64,000 nt of DNA from positions 335,878 through 399,877 of the forward strand of contig CAVUEC010000013.1 of the NCBI GenBank assembly GCA_963740415.1, given 5' to 3'. Every line of letters starts with the position of its first letter. Positions within the stretch are counted from its first letter, which is position 1. The notes beneath the pieces were generated by a model. The model was not told the DNA's origin. It did not search any database and saw only the letters and a list, made by a program, of their open reading frames with translations. Below are positions 1 to 9,686 of this stretch, one piece after another. Source of the stretch: Candidatus Eiseniibacteriota bacterium (GTDB lineage: Bacteria; Eisenbacteria; RBG-16-71-46; SZUA-252). The position numbers and the translations under genes are program-made.

Positions 1-541
1 AGTTGGGACTGGAGGCTGGGGACCTCGTTCAGCGGAGAGGTACCTTGCGCTTGCCGAGGAAGAACTCCGACGAACAAAGGACTGGGAGGATCTACCGGGG
101 GTCCAGATCGAAGCCCAGCTCCTTCGATTTCGGAAGGGCAGACCCCGACTTCAGTCTCGCGGAGGTTAGGCGACTCGCCGCTGAGGCTGATCGAGCCCGC
201 GCCTTGATCGTCTACCTCCACGGCGCCGTCGTCATTGGCGAGGTCGTAGCTTGACAGGCGGGATCGATGACGGGGAATTCCGAGACTTCCTGCTCGATGC
301 TCTGGCCCGTGCGGAAGGATCCGGGGCCGCGGAAATCTCTTGGCGACTCAGCTACGCCCTCGGTGAGATCGCGAGCAGGATGGGCGGACACGAGGGAGTC
401 GCCGCCAGATTTGCTCACGCTGTGAGAAGGATCACCGAGGTCGCGGATCGCCTGAAGCCGGAGCATCGCCGCTTTTATCTCAAGACCGCTCATGCTCGTC
501 GCCTCCTTGAACGTGCCACTGCGGTCGGTCGGATCGGCTAG
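1..541 (+). CDS. hypothetical protein, 5' partial at the window edge; ORFs 3..254 and 251..541 look like one gene split by a frame change near 250
   Basis: Two consecutive ORFs in different frames read through as ...GAVVIGEVVA / GGIDDGEFRDFLLDALARAEGSG... No recognisable family. Confidence 0.2.
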
Positions 542-548
542 TTACGGC

Positions 549-743
549 TTAACGTTGTTCCCGGCCGGCTTGACGTTGGTTCCCCGAATCACTCGCCACC
601 ACGTTGCTGTTCTGCGCGGTGTCGGTCGTCGAGGACGACGGCCCCATCAAGCTGTCGCAGCCGGTCGAAGCCAGCGCCGCCGCGAGGAAGACCACCGTCG
701 CTACCTTCTTGAGTCCCTGCTTCATTCCGCTCGTCCGTTCCAT
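549..743 (-). CDS. small lipoprotein (~64 aa)
   Basis: AAGGAGG 5 nt upstream of the ATG; signal peptide with lipobox LASTG-C (MKQGLKKVATVVFLAAALASTGC); Ser/Thr/Asn-rich mature part. Confidence 0.45.
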   Translation of the reverse strand: MERTSGMKQGLKKVATVVFLAAALASTGCDSLMGPSSSTTDTAQNSNVVASDSGNQRQAGREQR

Positions 744-874
744 TTGAGCCTCCTTGTTTCGGCACCTTCAGTGGTGCCCCCCAACTTCTGGCTTCCTGTA
801 GGGCAACCGAGGTGCCACGGAGGTGTCGGCGTGCCGCCTACACGCGCAAAAGTTGAATGCTGTAACTAATTGCT

Positions 875-886
875 AATCAATTGATT
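875..886. repeat. perfect 12-bp palindrome AATCAATTGATT inside a locally AT-rich intergenic region (744-1089), flanked by TAATTG/CAATTG half-site repeats; candidate operator
   Basis: Read directly: ...gtaactaattgctAATCAATTGATTgactgg...; self-complementary. Confidence 0.4.
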
Positions 887-1089
887 GACTGGATCGGTGA
901 TGACTGGATTTGGGACATGCGGCGGCCGGGCGGGCGGCCACCCGGAGACTGGGTGGTTGGACCTGAGGTCGGAAGCCGCCAGAGGCGGCAAAATCGTGGC
1001 TAACTAGTTGCGGCCGTTCAGATTAGTCAGAGATGGCTCGGGCGAGCCAGCGGGGGTGGATTTTCCCTCAAAGCTGGGAATGACTTAAC

Positions 1090-2280
1090 TTATTGCGAGT
1101 AAATCAGTTCCTGCGGAATTGGGTTCAGACCGGGGCGTCCTTTCGCTACCTGAGCGTAGGTTCGCAGGAACGCCTCGGGCCCCTCCTCGATCACCCGCCG
1201 GAGGGTCGCTCGGCCGTACGCCATCTCGATCCGGTACGCCGCGAACATCCCGCTGATCGCCCCGTACTTGCTCCAGAGGGGGCCGGTCCCGGCGAGCTGA
1301 AGAAGCTCCAGCTTGTCTCCCCGACTCGCGCCCGGCTGCCGGAGCCGTTTGCACGCGATCGAAAGCTGGGCAAACGCGTAGTTCTCGCGCGTGCCGGGCT
1401 GCCACGTGAACATCGAGTCGGCCCCGGGTCGCGTCCGCCAATCGATGTAGTGGGCCATGCCCTCGTCGATCATCACCTCCCGCACGTGCGCGAATTCCGT
1501 CTTGGGGGGACCCTGGTAGTCGTCCCATCCGGGGAGAGACGGCTCCACCTGGTGGAGGGCCGCGTGAAACGTCTCGTGCGCCAGCACATGGCGCAGGCTG
1601 CTGATCTGATCCTCGGTCGTCGGTCCGTAGTTGAGAACTTCGGTGAGATTGACCAGCACCACGGGCGCGGAGTCGCTTTCGGCGTTCCCGCCGAGCGTGG
1701 CCGCGTCAAACATCGTCTGGCTGCCGAGTACGCACCAGATCTGGACGGGCTTCCAGTATCGGTAGGCGGGCAGATAGGGTGCTACCTCGGAGGCGACGCG
1801 CGCTGAAATGGCTTCCTTCCGCTTGGCCAGATTGAACGCGAGCGTGACGATGGAATCGCGGGCCTGAAATGCGGGGTCCATGCCAAACCCGCACGCGCCG
1901 GAATCGGGAAGTTCCAGCGCGCGCGCCGCGTCGGCCTCGCTGGTCACGCAGCGGAATTGATCGCGCACGAAGCGTCGGAGGGTGCGGTAGGCCGGCATCG
2001 CGGCGACGCGCTTGGCCTCGGCGCGCGACCGGCCGTCTCCCGTTCCCTGGCGCCCTCCCATGTTCCAGAGCGAGAGAACGCGAGCGGTGGGCGAAACGTC
2101 GAGGACGATGTCGTGCGCGGCGAGGAGCGGCCGGGCGCCGGTGTTGCCGGCGGGCGGCTTGGGTGGGCGTTGCCGGCGCCGCTTTGGCGGGCGCTTGGCC
2201 GCCGCCGCGGCGCGCGAATGCATCGGCACCAGAGCGATCGCGATCACGATGAGGAGCAGCAGTTGTCGGGCCCGCGTCAT
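1090..2280 (-). CDS. secreted HExxH-motif protein, putative Zn-dependent peptidase (DUF2268-like)
   Basis: N-terminal signal peptide MTRARQLLLLIVIAIALVPMHSRAAAA; motif VLAHETFHAALHQ (HExxH) followed by downstream acidic residues; no closer family match recognised. Confidence 0.45.
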   Translation of the reverse strand: MTRARQLLLLIVIAIALVPMHSRAAAAAKRPPKRRRQRPPKPPAGNTGARPLLAAHDIVLDVSPTARVLSLWNMGGRQGTGDGRSRAEAKRVAAMPAYRTLRRFVRDQFRCVTSEADAARALELPDSGACGFGMDPAFQARDSIVTLAFNLAKRKEAISARVASEVAPYLPAYRYWKPVQIWCVLGSQTMFDAATLGGNAESDSAPVVLVNLTEVLNYGPTTEDQISSLRHVLAHETFHAALHQVEPSLPGWDDYQGPPKTEFAHVREVMIDEGMAHYIDWRTRPGADSMFTWQPGTRENYAFAQLSIACKRLRQPGASRGDKLELLQLAGTGPLWSKYGAISGMFAAYRIEMAYGRATLRRVIEEGPEAFLRTYAQVAKGRPGLNPIPQELIYSQ

Positions 2281-2305
2281 CCGGTCAATCTCGCAAAGTG
2301 GGTGG

Positions 2306-4072
2306 CTACGCGCCGGCAAAGAGGCGCGCGATGAGATCTTGATGTCGTTCGGCCACGACCCGGCGCTTCACCTTGAGGGACGGCGTGAGCGCCCCGTTCT
2401 CGACCGAGAGATCATCGGGAATCAGCTCGAAGCGCCTCACGCGCTCGAATTGAGCCAGGCCCGAGTTCACACGGTCCACTTCGGCCGACACCTCGTCGCG
2501 CGTGACGCCATTCTTGGGCACGATGAGGGCTGCGATGAACTTGTGCCCCTCGCCGAGCACGATCGCCTCCTGAATCTTGGGGGAGCTCTTCAGAGCGTCC
2601 TCGATGAGTTGAGGAGCCACCTTCTTGCCGCCCGACGTCGCGATGAGATCTTTCTTGCGGTCGGTGATCCGAAGATGGCCGTCCGGATCCACGACTCCAA
2701 TGTCTCCCGTGTGGAACCAGCCGTCCACCAGCGCTTCGGCCGTTTCCTTGGGCCGGTTCCAATAGCCCTTCATCACCACCGGCCCCCGTATCAGCACCTC
2801 GCTGTCGGGTGCGATCTTGATCTGGATGCCGTCGAACGCCGGGCCCACCGTTCCGATTCGATAGCTCTCGAAACGATTCACGGAGATGGCGGACGAGGTC
2901 TCGGTGAGGCCGTAGCCCTCGAAGATCGGCATCCCGGCCCCATAGAAGAAGAGGGCGGTCTCGCGATGGAGCGCGGCGCCGCCCGACACGCGGAGCCGCA
3001 GGCGGCCCCCGAGGCGGCTCTTCAAACGGGCGTACACCAGAAATCCCGCCAGCGCGTGCTGGAGCCCGAGCCACGCGGGCACGGGTTGGTGCGCATCTTT
3101 GAGTTCGGCCCACTTCATCGCGACGCTTCGGCCCCAGCGCGAGAGATTCGCGCGCGGAAATCCCATGGCCTCGGAGACCTGCGTCGCCTTCTCGAGCAGC
3201 TTCTCGTAGAACCGGGGCACCGCGAGCAGGATGGTGGGACGAACCTCCATCAGATTCACCGCCATCCGGTCGGGGGACTCGGCGTAGGCGACCGTCGATC
3301 CCGCCAGGAGCATCGTGTAGAGGCCGGAACAGCGCTCGAGCACGTGGCTCAGCGGGAGAAACGAAAGATAGCTGTCCCGCCTGGTGATGGACATCGCCTG
3401 CAGCGCGAGGCACGCCTCTGCGGTCAGATTTCCATGCGTCAGCATCACGCCCTTGGGCGTGCCGGTCGTTCCCGACGTGTAGATGATGCTCGCGAGTGTG
3501 TCGGGGCCGATCATGGTGTCGGCGGCGGTCGGCGCGCCCGCACCCGCCGCTCCGGGCCCCGGCAACGGCTCCTCGTCGAAGCACCAGATCCAGCGAATCT
3601 CCGGGGTGACCGCGCGGCCCGTCTCGATCTTGATCTTCTGGTCCCGGTTCGACACGAATACCCCGACGCAGCCCGCGTCGGCGAGGAGCGGGGCGATCTG
3701 GTTGGCGGGAAGCGTGGGGTAGATGGGCACCGTCACCGCGCCCAGGGTGAGGATTGCCATGTCGGCGAGCGCCCACTCCAGGCGACTCTCGCTCAGAATG
3801 GCGACCCGATCGCCTGAGGCGATCCCGCGAGCCTTCAGCGCGGCGCGGATCGCGTCGGCGCGCGCGAGCACCGTGGCCATGGCCACGGGCTCCCATCGGC
3901 CGTTCCTGCGAACCAGGAATGCGTCGCTCTTCTGGTTTCGCTCGAACGCCGCCTGCAGCAATTCGGGTATGGTGTGGACGTCCACTCGTTGACCTCCCCG
4001 AAGCACTGTGACACACTCCGCCGACCGGTGGCTACCTCCGACCGCAGCTCGCCACTCCTCTGAGCGCGCCAA
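2306..4072 (-). CDS. fadD: long-chain fatty acid--CoA ligase (AMP-dependent synthetase/ligase)
   Basis: AMP-binding signature IYTSGTTGTPKGVMLTHGNL; GYGLTE motif; 588-aa uninterrupted ORF. Confidence 0.9.
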   Translation of the reverse strand: MARSEEWRAAVGGSHRSAECVTVLRGGQRVDVHTIPELLQAAFERNQKSDAFLVRRNGRWEPVAMATVLARADAIRAALKARGIASGDRVAILSESRLEWALADMAILTLGAVTVPIYPTLPANQIAPLLADAGCVGVFVSNRDQKIKIETGRAVTPEIRWIWCFDEEPLPGPGAAGAGAPTAADTMIGPDTLASIIYTSGTTGTPKGVMLTHGNLTAEACLALQAMSITRRDSYLSFLPLSHVLERCSGLYTMLLAGSTVAYAESPDRMAVNLMEVRPTILLAVPRFYEKLLEKATQVSEAMGFPRANLSRWGRSVAMKWAELKDAHQPVPAWLGLQHALAGFLVYARLKSRLGGRLRLRVSGGAALHRETALFFYGAGMPIFEGYGLTETSSAISVNRFESYRIGTVGPAFDGIQIKIAPDSEVLIRGPVVMKGYWNRPKETAEALVDGWFHTGDIGVVDPDGHLRITDRKKDLIATSGGKKVAPQLIEDALKSSPKIQEAIVLGEGHKFIAALIVPKNGVTRDEVSAEVDRVNSGLAQFERVRRFELIPDDLSVENGALTPSLKVKRRVVAERHQDLIARLFAGA

Positions 4073-4074
4073 TC

Positions 4075-5361
4075 ATGCAGGAAGTGGTCCTCATGGATGG
4101 GTTCCGAACGCCGTTCGCAAAGGCGGGAACCGCGCTCGCGTCCACTCCGGCTCGAGAACTGGGCCGGATCGCCGTCTCCGAGCTTCTCGCGAGACACGGC
4201 GTGGATCCCAATCAGGTTGACGAAGTCATCCTCGGCAACGTGGCGCAGCCCTCCGATTCAATGAACATCGCCCGGGTCGTAGCGCTCCTCGCGGGCATTC
4301 CCGAGAGCGTGCCCGCCTACACCGTCCAGCGAAACTGCGCCTCCGGCATGGAGGCGATCGCGCAGGCCCACGACAAGATCGCCGCGGGCCACGCGGAGTT
4401 GATCGTCGCGGGCGGCACCGAATCGATGAGCCAGATCCCGCTCTACATGAGCGATCGCATGACGCATACGTTCGAGCGCCTCGCGCGCGCGCGCTCGCTC
4501 GGCCAGCGCGTGGCCGCGATCGCGGGCTCGCGGCTGGGAGACCTCAAGCCGCGCGTCGCGCTTCTCGAAGGGCTCACCGACCCGGTGTCCGGGCTCAACA
4601 TGGGACAGACCGCCGAGGTGCTGGCGAAGGAATTTGGAATCAGCCGCGAGGCTCAGGATGATTTCGCGCTCCAGAGTCACCGCCGCGCCGTGGCCGCCGG
4701 CGACTCGGGACGCTTCGCCGAGGAAATCGTTCCTGTTTTCGCGGCGCCCTACAAGGAAGCCGTCCTGGAAGACGTCGGACCCAGACGCAACCAATCGCTC
4801 GAGGCGCTGGCCAAGCTCCGGCCCTACTTCGACCGGAAGAACGGCACCGTCACTCCCGGCAATTCCTGCGGGATCACGGACGGCGCCTCGGCGATCATCG
4901 TCGCCTCCGCGGAGAAGGCGCGCTCGCTCGGGCTCAAGCCCATGGGCCGGATTCGCGGCATGGCGTTCGTGGGTCTCGATCCCGCCCGAATGGGGCTGGG
5001 GCCGACGCACGCGACCCCCGTGGCGCTCCGCCACGCGGGCGCCCGGTTCAGCGACATCGGACTCATCGAAATCAACGAGGCGTTCGCGGCCCAGGTGATC
5101 GCCAACGAGATCGCGATGGGATCCGCGAAGTACTGTCGCGAGAAGCTCGGACTGGAGGGCGCGATCGGCGAGATCGACCGCTCGCGGCTGAACGTGAACG
5201 GCGGGGCCATCGCGCTGGGCCATCCCGTGGGCGTGTCGGGCACGCGCCTCGTCGTGACGCTGCTCCGCGAGATGCGGCGCCGCGACGTGTCGATGGGGCT
5301 TGCGGCGCTATGCGTGGGCGGGGGACAAGGGGGAGCGATGGTTCTGGAGCGGGCCGCGTGA
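4075..5361 (+). CDS. fadA: acetyl-CoA C-acyltransferase / 3-ketoacyl-CoA thiolase
   Basis: Thiolase fold: N-terminal active Cys region (NCASGMEAI), C-terminal NVNGGAIALGHPVG...CVGGGQG; 428 aa. Confidence 0.9.
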   Translation: MQEVVLMDGFRTPFAKAGTALASTPARELGRIAVSELLARHGVDPNQVDEVILGNVAQPSDSMNIARVVALLAGIPESVPAYTVQRNCASGMEAIAQAHDKIAAGHAELIVAGGTESMSQIPLYMSDRMTHTFERLARARSLGQRVAAIAGSRLGDLKPRVALLEGLTDPVSGLNMGQTAEVLAKEFGISREAQDDFALQSHRRAVAAGDSGRFAEEIVPVFAAPYKEAVLEDVGPRRNQSLEALAKLRPYFDRKNGTVTPGNSCGITDGASAIIVASAEKARSLGLKPMGRIRGMAFVGLDPARMGLGPTHATPVALRHAGARFSDIGLIEINEAFAAQVIANEIAMGSAKYCREKLGLEGAIGEIDRSRLNVNGGAIALGHPVGVSGTRLVVTLLREMRRRDVSMGLAALCVGGGQGGAMVLERAA

Positions 5362-5363
5362 GC

Positions 5364-7514
5364 ATGGCCCTCTTCCAGTCCGATCAGGAGTCGGCGCCGT
5401 CGGCGTTTGGTTCCGTCCGCCTCGAGGCGCTGCCTTCCGGCATCGTCGTTCTCTGGCTCAACGATCCGGCGAGGAAGGTGAATCTCCTCGACTCACCCAC
5501 GCTCGAGGCACTCCGCCAGACGCTCGACTCCTTGAAGCAGCGGCCGTCGCCGCCGCGCGCGTTGATCGTGGCCTCCGGAAAAGAGGGGCAGTTCATCGCT
5601 GGCGCGGACATCACGGAGTTCGACCGACTCCAATCGCCCGCCGAAGCCGAGACCAAGGCCAAAGAGGCACAGCAGCTCTTCGAGGAGTACGCCCAGCTTC
5701 CATATCCCACCGTGGCCGCGATCGACGGACCTTGCCTGGGCGGCGGCACCGAGTTCGCCCTCGCGATGACGCATCGCATCGCGTCCGACCGGCGCTCCAC
5801 GACGATCGGTCTTCCGGAAGTGAAATTGGGAATTCTTCCGGGCTTTGGCGGGACGCAGCGGCTGCCCCGCCTGGTCGGGTTCGTGCCGGCGCTCACGTTG
5901 ATTCTCTCGGGGCGCGCGCTCGATCCCTACAAGGCGCGCTCGACGGGACTCGTCGCGGACATCCTTCCGCACGAGCGATTCGTCTCCCGTTGCGCGGAAT
6001 GGGCCGAGGGTGTTCTTGGAGGGGCGGGACGGCGTCGCCGCCGCCAGCCCGCGTTCGCGCTCCGCGTTCTTCAGGCGATTCCGTTCGTTCGCGGATTCGT
6101 CCTCGCGCAGGCGCGGAAGAACGTGGACCGGCAGACCGGAGGTCACTATCCGGCGCCCTACGAGATCATCCGCGTTCTCGGCGCGACGTGGGGCAAGCGG
6201 ATCGCGGACGGCCTTCGCATCGAGCGAAAGGCGGTCGCCAAGCTCCTCTTCACGCCGGAGTCCGTCAACCTCCGCCGCATCTTCCAGCTGGGCGAGGAAG
6301 CCAAGCGAACCCCCGTCGCGGCCGCCGCGCACGCCGTGGAATCGACGGCGGTGTTCGGCGCGGGCGTGATGGGAGGCGAGATCGCGTATCTCTTCAGCCA
6401 CAGCGACGTGCGCGTGCGCCTGCGGGACTTGAAGCCGGAGCCCATCCTTCATTCGATGGCGCACGCGAAGTCCCTGTTCGATCGCGAGGTCGCGCGCCGG
6501 AAGATGACGCCCGCCGAAGAGAGGCTGGCCCTGGCGCGGATCGAGCCCGTGCTCGACCTGAGCGGGCTCCAGCGCGTGGATCTGGTGCTGGAAGCGATCG
6601 TGGAGGATCTTTCGATCAAGCAGTCGCTGTTCCGGGATCTCGAAGGCCGGGTGCCCGAGACCTGCGTGCTCGCGACGAACACCTCCTCGCTGTCGGTCGA
6701 GGCGATCTCGCGCGGACTCAAGCGTCCGGGCCGTGTCGTGGGGATGCACTTCTTCAATCCGGCCACGCGAATGCCGCTGGTGGAGGTGATACGCACCGCC
6801 GCGAGCGACGCGGACGCCATCGACACCGTGATCGCGCTCGCGCGCAAGCTCAAGAAGACGCCCGTCCTCGTGAAGGACGCGCCGGGATTCCTGGTCAATC
6901 GCGTCCTGATGCCGTACCTGACCGAGGCCGTGGGCTTGGTGGAACGCGGACAGGGCATCGTGGCGATCGACCGCGAGCTTCGCAAATTCGGGATGCCGGT
7001 GGGTCCTCTGGAGCTGCTCGACGAGATCGGCCTCGACGTGGCGCGGAAGGTGGCGCACGTGCTTCACGACGCGTTTGGGGGCCGCATGAATCCGGTGGGG
7101 ATGGTGGACCGGCTCGTCTCGGGCGGGTCTCTCGGAAAGAAGTCGGGGCTCGGCTTCTACCTTTACGACAAGGGCGTGCGGCGCGGGATCAACCCCGCGC
7201 TTCGTGCCGCGAGCGCCTCGGCGCCGGTCCCGCCGGATGAAATCCGGGACCGGTTGATCGACGCGATGATCAACGAGGCGGCCCTCGCGCTCGACGAGGG
7301 CGTGGTGGAACGGCCCGACGATGTCGATCTCGCGATGGTCTACGGCACGGGCTTCCCGCCGTTCCGAGGCGGATTGCTGAAGCACGCGGACGCGGTGGGA
7401 GTGGGCACGGTCGTCGCGCGCTTGACGCGGAGGCAGCAGGAAGGCGCGCCGTCAGGGCCGTGCGGACGGCTGCAGCGCATGGGCCTCGGCAACGAGCGGT
7501 TCTATGCGGCTTGA
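5364..7514 (+). CDS. fadB: fatty-acid oxidation complex alpha subunit (enoyl-CoA hydratase / 3-hydroxyacyl-CoA dehydrogenase), FadB/FadJ type
   Basis: N-terminal crotonase domain (AAIDGPCLGGGTEFALA), central NAD-binding 3-HCDH domain (VFGAGVMGGEIAY); starts 3 nt after the thiolase stop. The thiolase-first order resembles fadIJ. Confidence 0.9.
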   Translation: MALFQSDQESAPSAFGSVRLEALPSGIVVLWLNDPARKVNLLDSPTLEALRQTLDSLKQRPSPPRALIVASGKEGQFIAGADITEFDRLQSPAEAETKAKEAQQLFEEYAQLPYPTVAAIDGPCLGGGTEFALAMTHRIASDRRSTTIGLPEVKLGILPGFGGTQRLPRLVGFVPALTLILSGRALDPYKARSTGLVADILPHERFVSRCAEWAEGVLGGAGRRRRRQPAFALRVLQAIPFVRGFVLAQARKNVDRQTGGHYPAPYEIIRVLGATWGKRIADGLRIERKAVAKLLFTPESVNLRRIFQLGEEAKRTPVAAAAHAVESTAVFGAGVMGGEIAYLFSHSDVRVRLRDLKPEPILHSMAHAKSLFDREVARRKMTPAEERLALARIEPVLDLSGLQRVDLVLEAIVEDLSIKQSLFRDLEGRVPETCVLATNTSSLSVEAISRGLKRPGRVVGMHFFNPATRMPLVEVIRTAASDADAIDTVIALARKLKKTPVLVKDAPGFLVNRVLMPYLTEAVGLVERGQGIVAIDRELRKFGMPVGPLELLDEIGLDVARKVAHVLHDAFGGRMNPVGMVDRLVSGGSLGKKSGLGFYLYDKGVRRGINPALRAASASAPVPPDEIRDRLIDAMINEAALALDEGVVERPDDVDLAMVYGTGFPPFRGGLLKHADAVGVGTVVARLTRRQQEGAPSGPCGRLQRMGLGNERFYAA

Positions 7515-7571
7515 GGGCGGGCAGAGGCCCGATCCGAATCCACGGACCAGGAGCTCGCGGCACCCTTCAGC

Positions 7572-8343
7572 GTGAACGACATCCGAGATCTGGTCCGGCG
7601 CCAATTCGGGGCGCACGCGGATCGCTACGTCAATAGCCCCGAGCATGCGAAAGGCGACAGCCTGGACCGGTTGATCGCACTGGCGGCGCCTCAGCCGACG
7701 TGGCGCGTCCTGGACGTGGCGACCGGCGGTGGGCACACCGCGCTCGCGGTGGCGCCACACGTCCGCGAGGTCGTGGCCACCGACCTCACCCCCGAGATGC
7801 TCCGCGCCGCGCGGCTCTTCATCGCTTCCAAGGGAATCACCAACGCCGTGTTTCGCGAGGCCGACGCGACCGCGCTTCCGTTCGCCGACGGCGAGTTCGA
7901 CATGGTGACGTGCCGCATCGCGCCGCATCATTTCCCCGACGTGCCGGGGTTTGTCCGCGAGGTGCATCGCGTATTGACGGCGTGGCGGGATCGGAATCGT
8001 CATCGACAACGTGGTGCCTGAGGAATCGGTGGCCGCGGAGTACATCAACCGGTTCGAGAAGGTGCGCGACCCAAGCCACAACTGGTCCCACAGCGAGTCC
8101 GATTGGCTGCGATTCTTCCGCGAGGCCGGTTTCGCGGATCTCCACGCGGAGTTCTTCCGGAAGGCGCGCGACTTCGAGGATTGGACGGGCCGGATGTCGG
8201 TGGACGAGGAGACAAAGACTAAGCTTCGCGCGATGCTCGCGGACGCGCCCCCGACCGCCCGATACGCGCTGGCGCCGGAGGAGCGAGCCGGGAAACTGCG
8301 GTTCTACCTCGACGAGATCCTGATTCGCGGCACGAAGGGCTGA
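7572..8343 (+). CDS. class I SAM-dependent methyltransferase (type 11 / UbiE-like), interrupted by a 1-nt frame change near 7975-7990
   Basis: VLDVATGGGHTALAVA (SAM motif I) in ORF 7572..8021; the +1 frame continues GGIGIVIDNVVPEESVAAEYINRFEKVRDPSHNW... in ORF 8011..8343. Confidence 0.7.
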
Positions 8344-8374
8344 GCCTGCCTGGGTGTGGCGGCCCGCGGGGCCG

Positions 8375-9170
8375 CTAGGGTGCGGCGGGCGGCGGAGCGA
8401 CTAAGGCGCCGCGGGATTCGAGCGCAAGCCACTTCACGTACGCCCACAGCGCGTCCACGTCTTCGTCGACAAGATGAGCCTTGTACGCCGGCATGTGGAG
8501 GCTGCCCCGGCGTAGGAAATACTGCGCGACGGCGTTGTGCCGGAAGCGCTCGCCCACTCCGTTTTCCACCCACTCGCCGAATTCCGCGCGGCTCTGGACC
8601 AAGTCGGGGAAATCCGGCCCATCCCAGGGCGGCACGTAGCCCTTGAGCGACCCCGGGTTGGGCCGAGCGAAGCGGCCTCCGGTGCCGTGGCACCCAAAGC
8701 AACCCAGCGCGTGCGCGCGATCCCGGCCCAGAACGACGACCGAATCCTCGGGCGCCGGAATTTCGGCGGACGCCAGGACGAACGCGACCAGGTCCTCAAT
8801 CTCGTGTCTTCGAAAGCCGATCGCCGAAGTCCGGCATTCGGAGAATTCCCTTCCGCCGCTCCTCCTGCCATGACGGGCTCTCGCGCCGCGCCTTCGGGGC
8901 GCCGTCGCGGATCCACTCGCGCACGTCTTCCGCGGTCTCGGCGAACATCATGAGCGATCCCTCGTAGTCGGGGACCTTGCCCTCGTCGCGGCCGGCGTTG
9001 GGCGCGCCGCGAATTCCCTCGGGCCCGTGACACCCGAAGCATCCGTTGGCCTCCGCGAGGCGGCGGCCGCGCTCGGGAGCGGTGAGATTGGGGCGAAAGA
9101 CGAAGAACGCCGCGGCCAGAACGCCCAGCAATGCGACGAGGACAGCGATGAGGAAGAGGCGGATCTTCAT
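8375..9170 (-). CDS. membrane-anchored diheme c-type cytochrome (two CFGCHG heme-binding motifs), interrupted by a frame change near 8800-8815
   Basis: MKIRLFLIAVLVALLGVLAAAF TM/signal; first domain ...ANGCFGCHGPEG...LRMPDFGDRLSK; second domain in the next frame HEIEDLVAFVL...HALGCFGCHGTGG...HMPAYKAHLVDEDVDALWAYVKWL. Architecture resembles CcoP/cytochrome c4. Confidence 0.65.
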
Positions 9171-9644
9171 GGAAGCAGGAACGCGCGCGGTTGGAGAGGC
9201 TCCATCCCGCGCGCGTCCAATTCGGTCGGTGCTAGCTCTTGGCGGCGGTGCCGCGGCGGCCTTGATCGAGGCGACCTCGATCGACTTCATGCCGCCCCGC
9301 TCGTGAACCATGCCGGTGATTTCGACTTTCTTGCCGGCCATCTCCTTCGCCTTGTTGAACGCGTCCTTGCTCTCGTGCGGCGCCGTCATGAGATAAACAA
9401 CGCCCTTGTCCGTGAGCAGGCCGATCGGGGAGCCGCCGGCGGCGCACATCGCGGCGCACTGCGCGTGCTTCTCGCCCATGGCGGCGTGGTCCATGTAGCA
9501 GCCCATGTCCACGATTTCCCCGCTCATCGTCGTCGGCGCCGGTTTCGCGGCCTCGGTCTTCTTCTCCTCGGCCGCGTTCGCGACCGCGAAGCCAACAAGC
9601 GCCACGATGGCCGCAAGCACCCACGCATTTCTGAAGCGCTTCAT
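9171..9644 (-). CDS. small secreted Cys/His/Met-rich protein (putative metal-binding); C-terminal end uncertain because no in-frame stop precedes the cytochrome c start at 9170
   Basis: Signal peptide MKRFRNAWVLAAIVALVGFAVANA; CYMDH and HAQCAAMC motifs; a +1 frame would terminate the protein at ~9240 (...KAAAAPRRGTAAKS*). Confidence 0.4.
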
Positions 9645-9686
9645 AGATCCTCCTTGATGTGATGCCGGGTCCGGTGGCCGTCCCGC

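Noticed and set aside
978-1000. Hairpin GCCGCCagaGGCGGC as a terminator of the 1090..2280 gene.
   Set aside because: In the transcribed (minus) orientation the U-tract precedes rather than follows the stem, so it is not a convincing intrinsic terminator.
7700-8323. 207-aa ORF overlapping the methyltransferase in another frame.
   Set aside because: Arg-rich, no domain signal. The conserved methyltransferase reading (two frames joined by one indel) explains the region.
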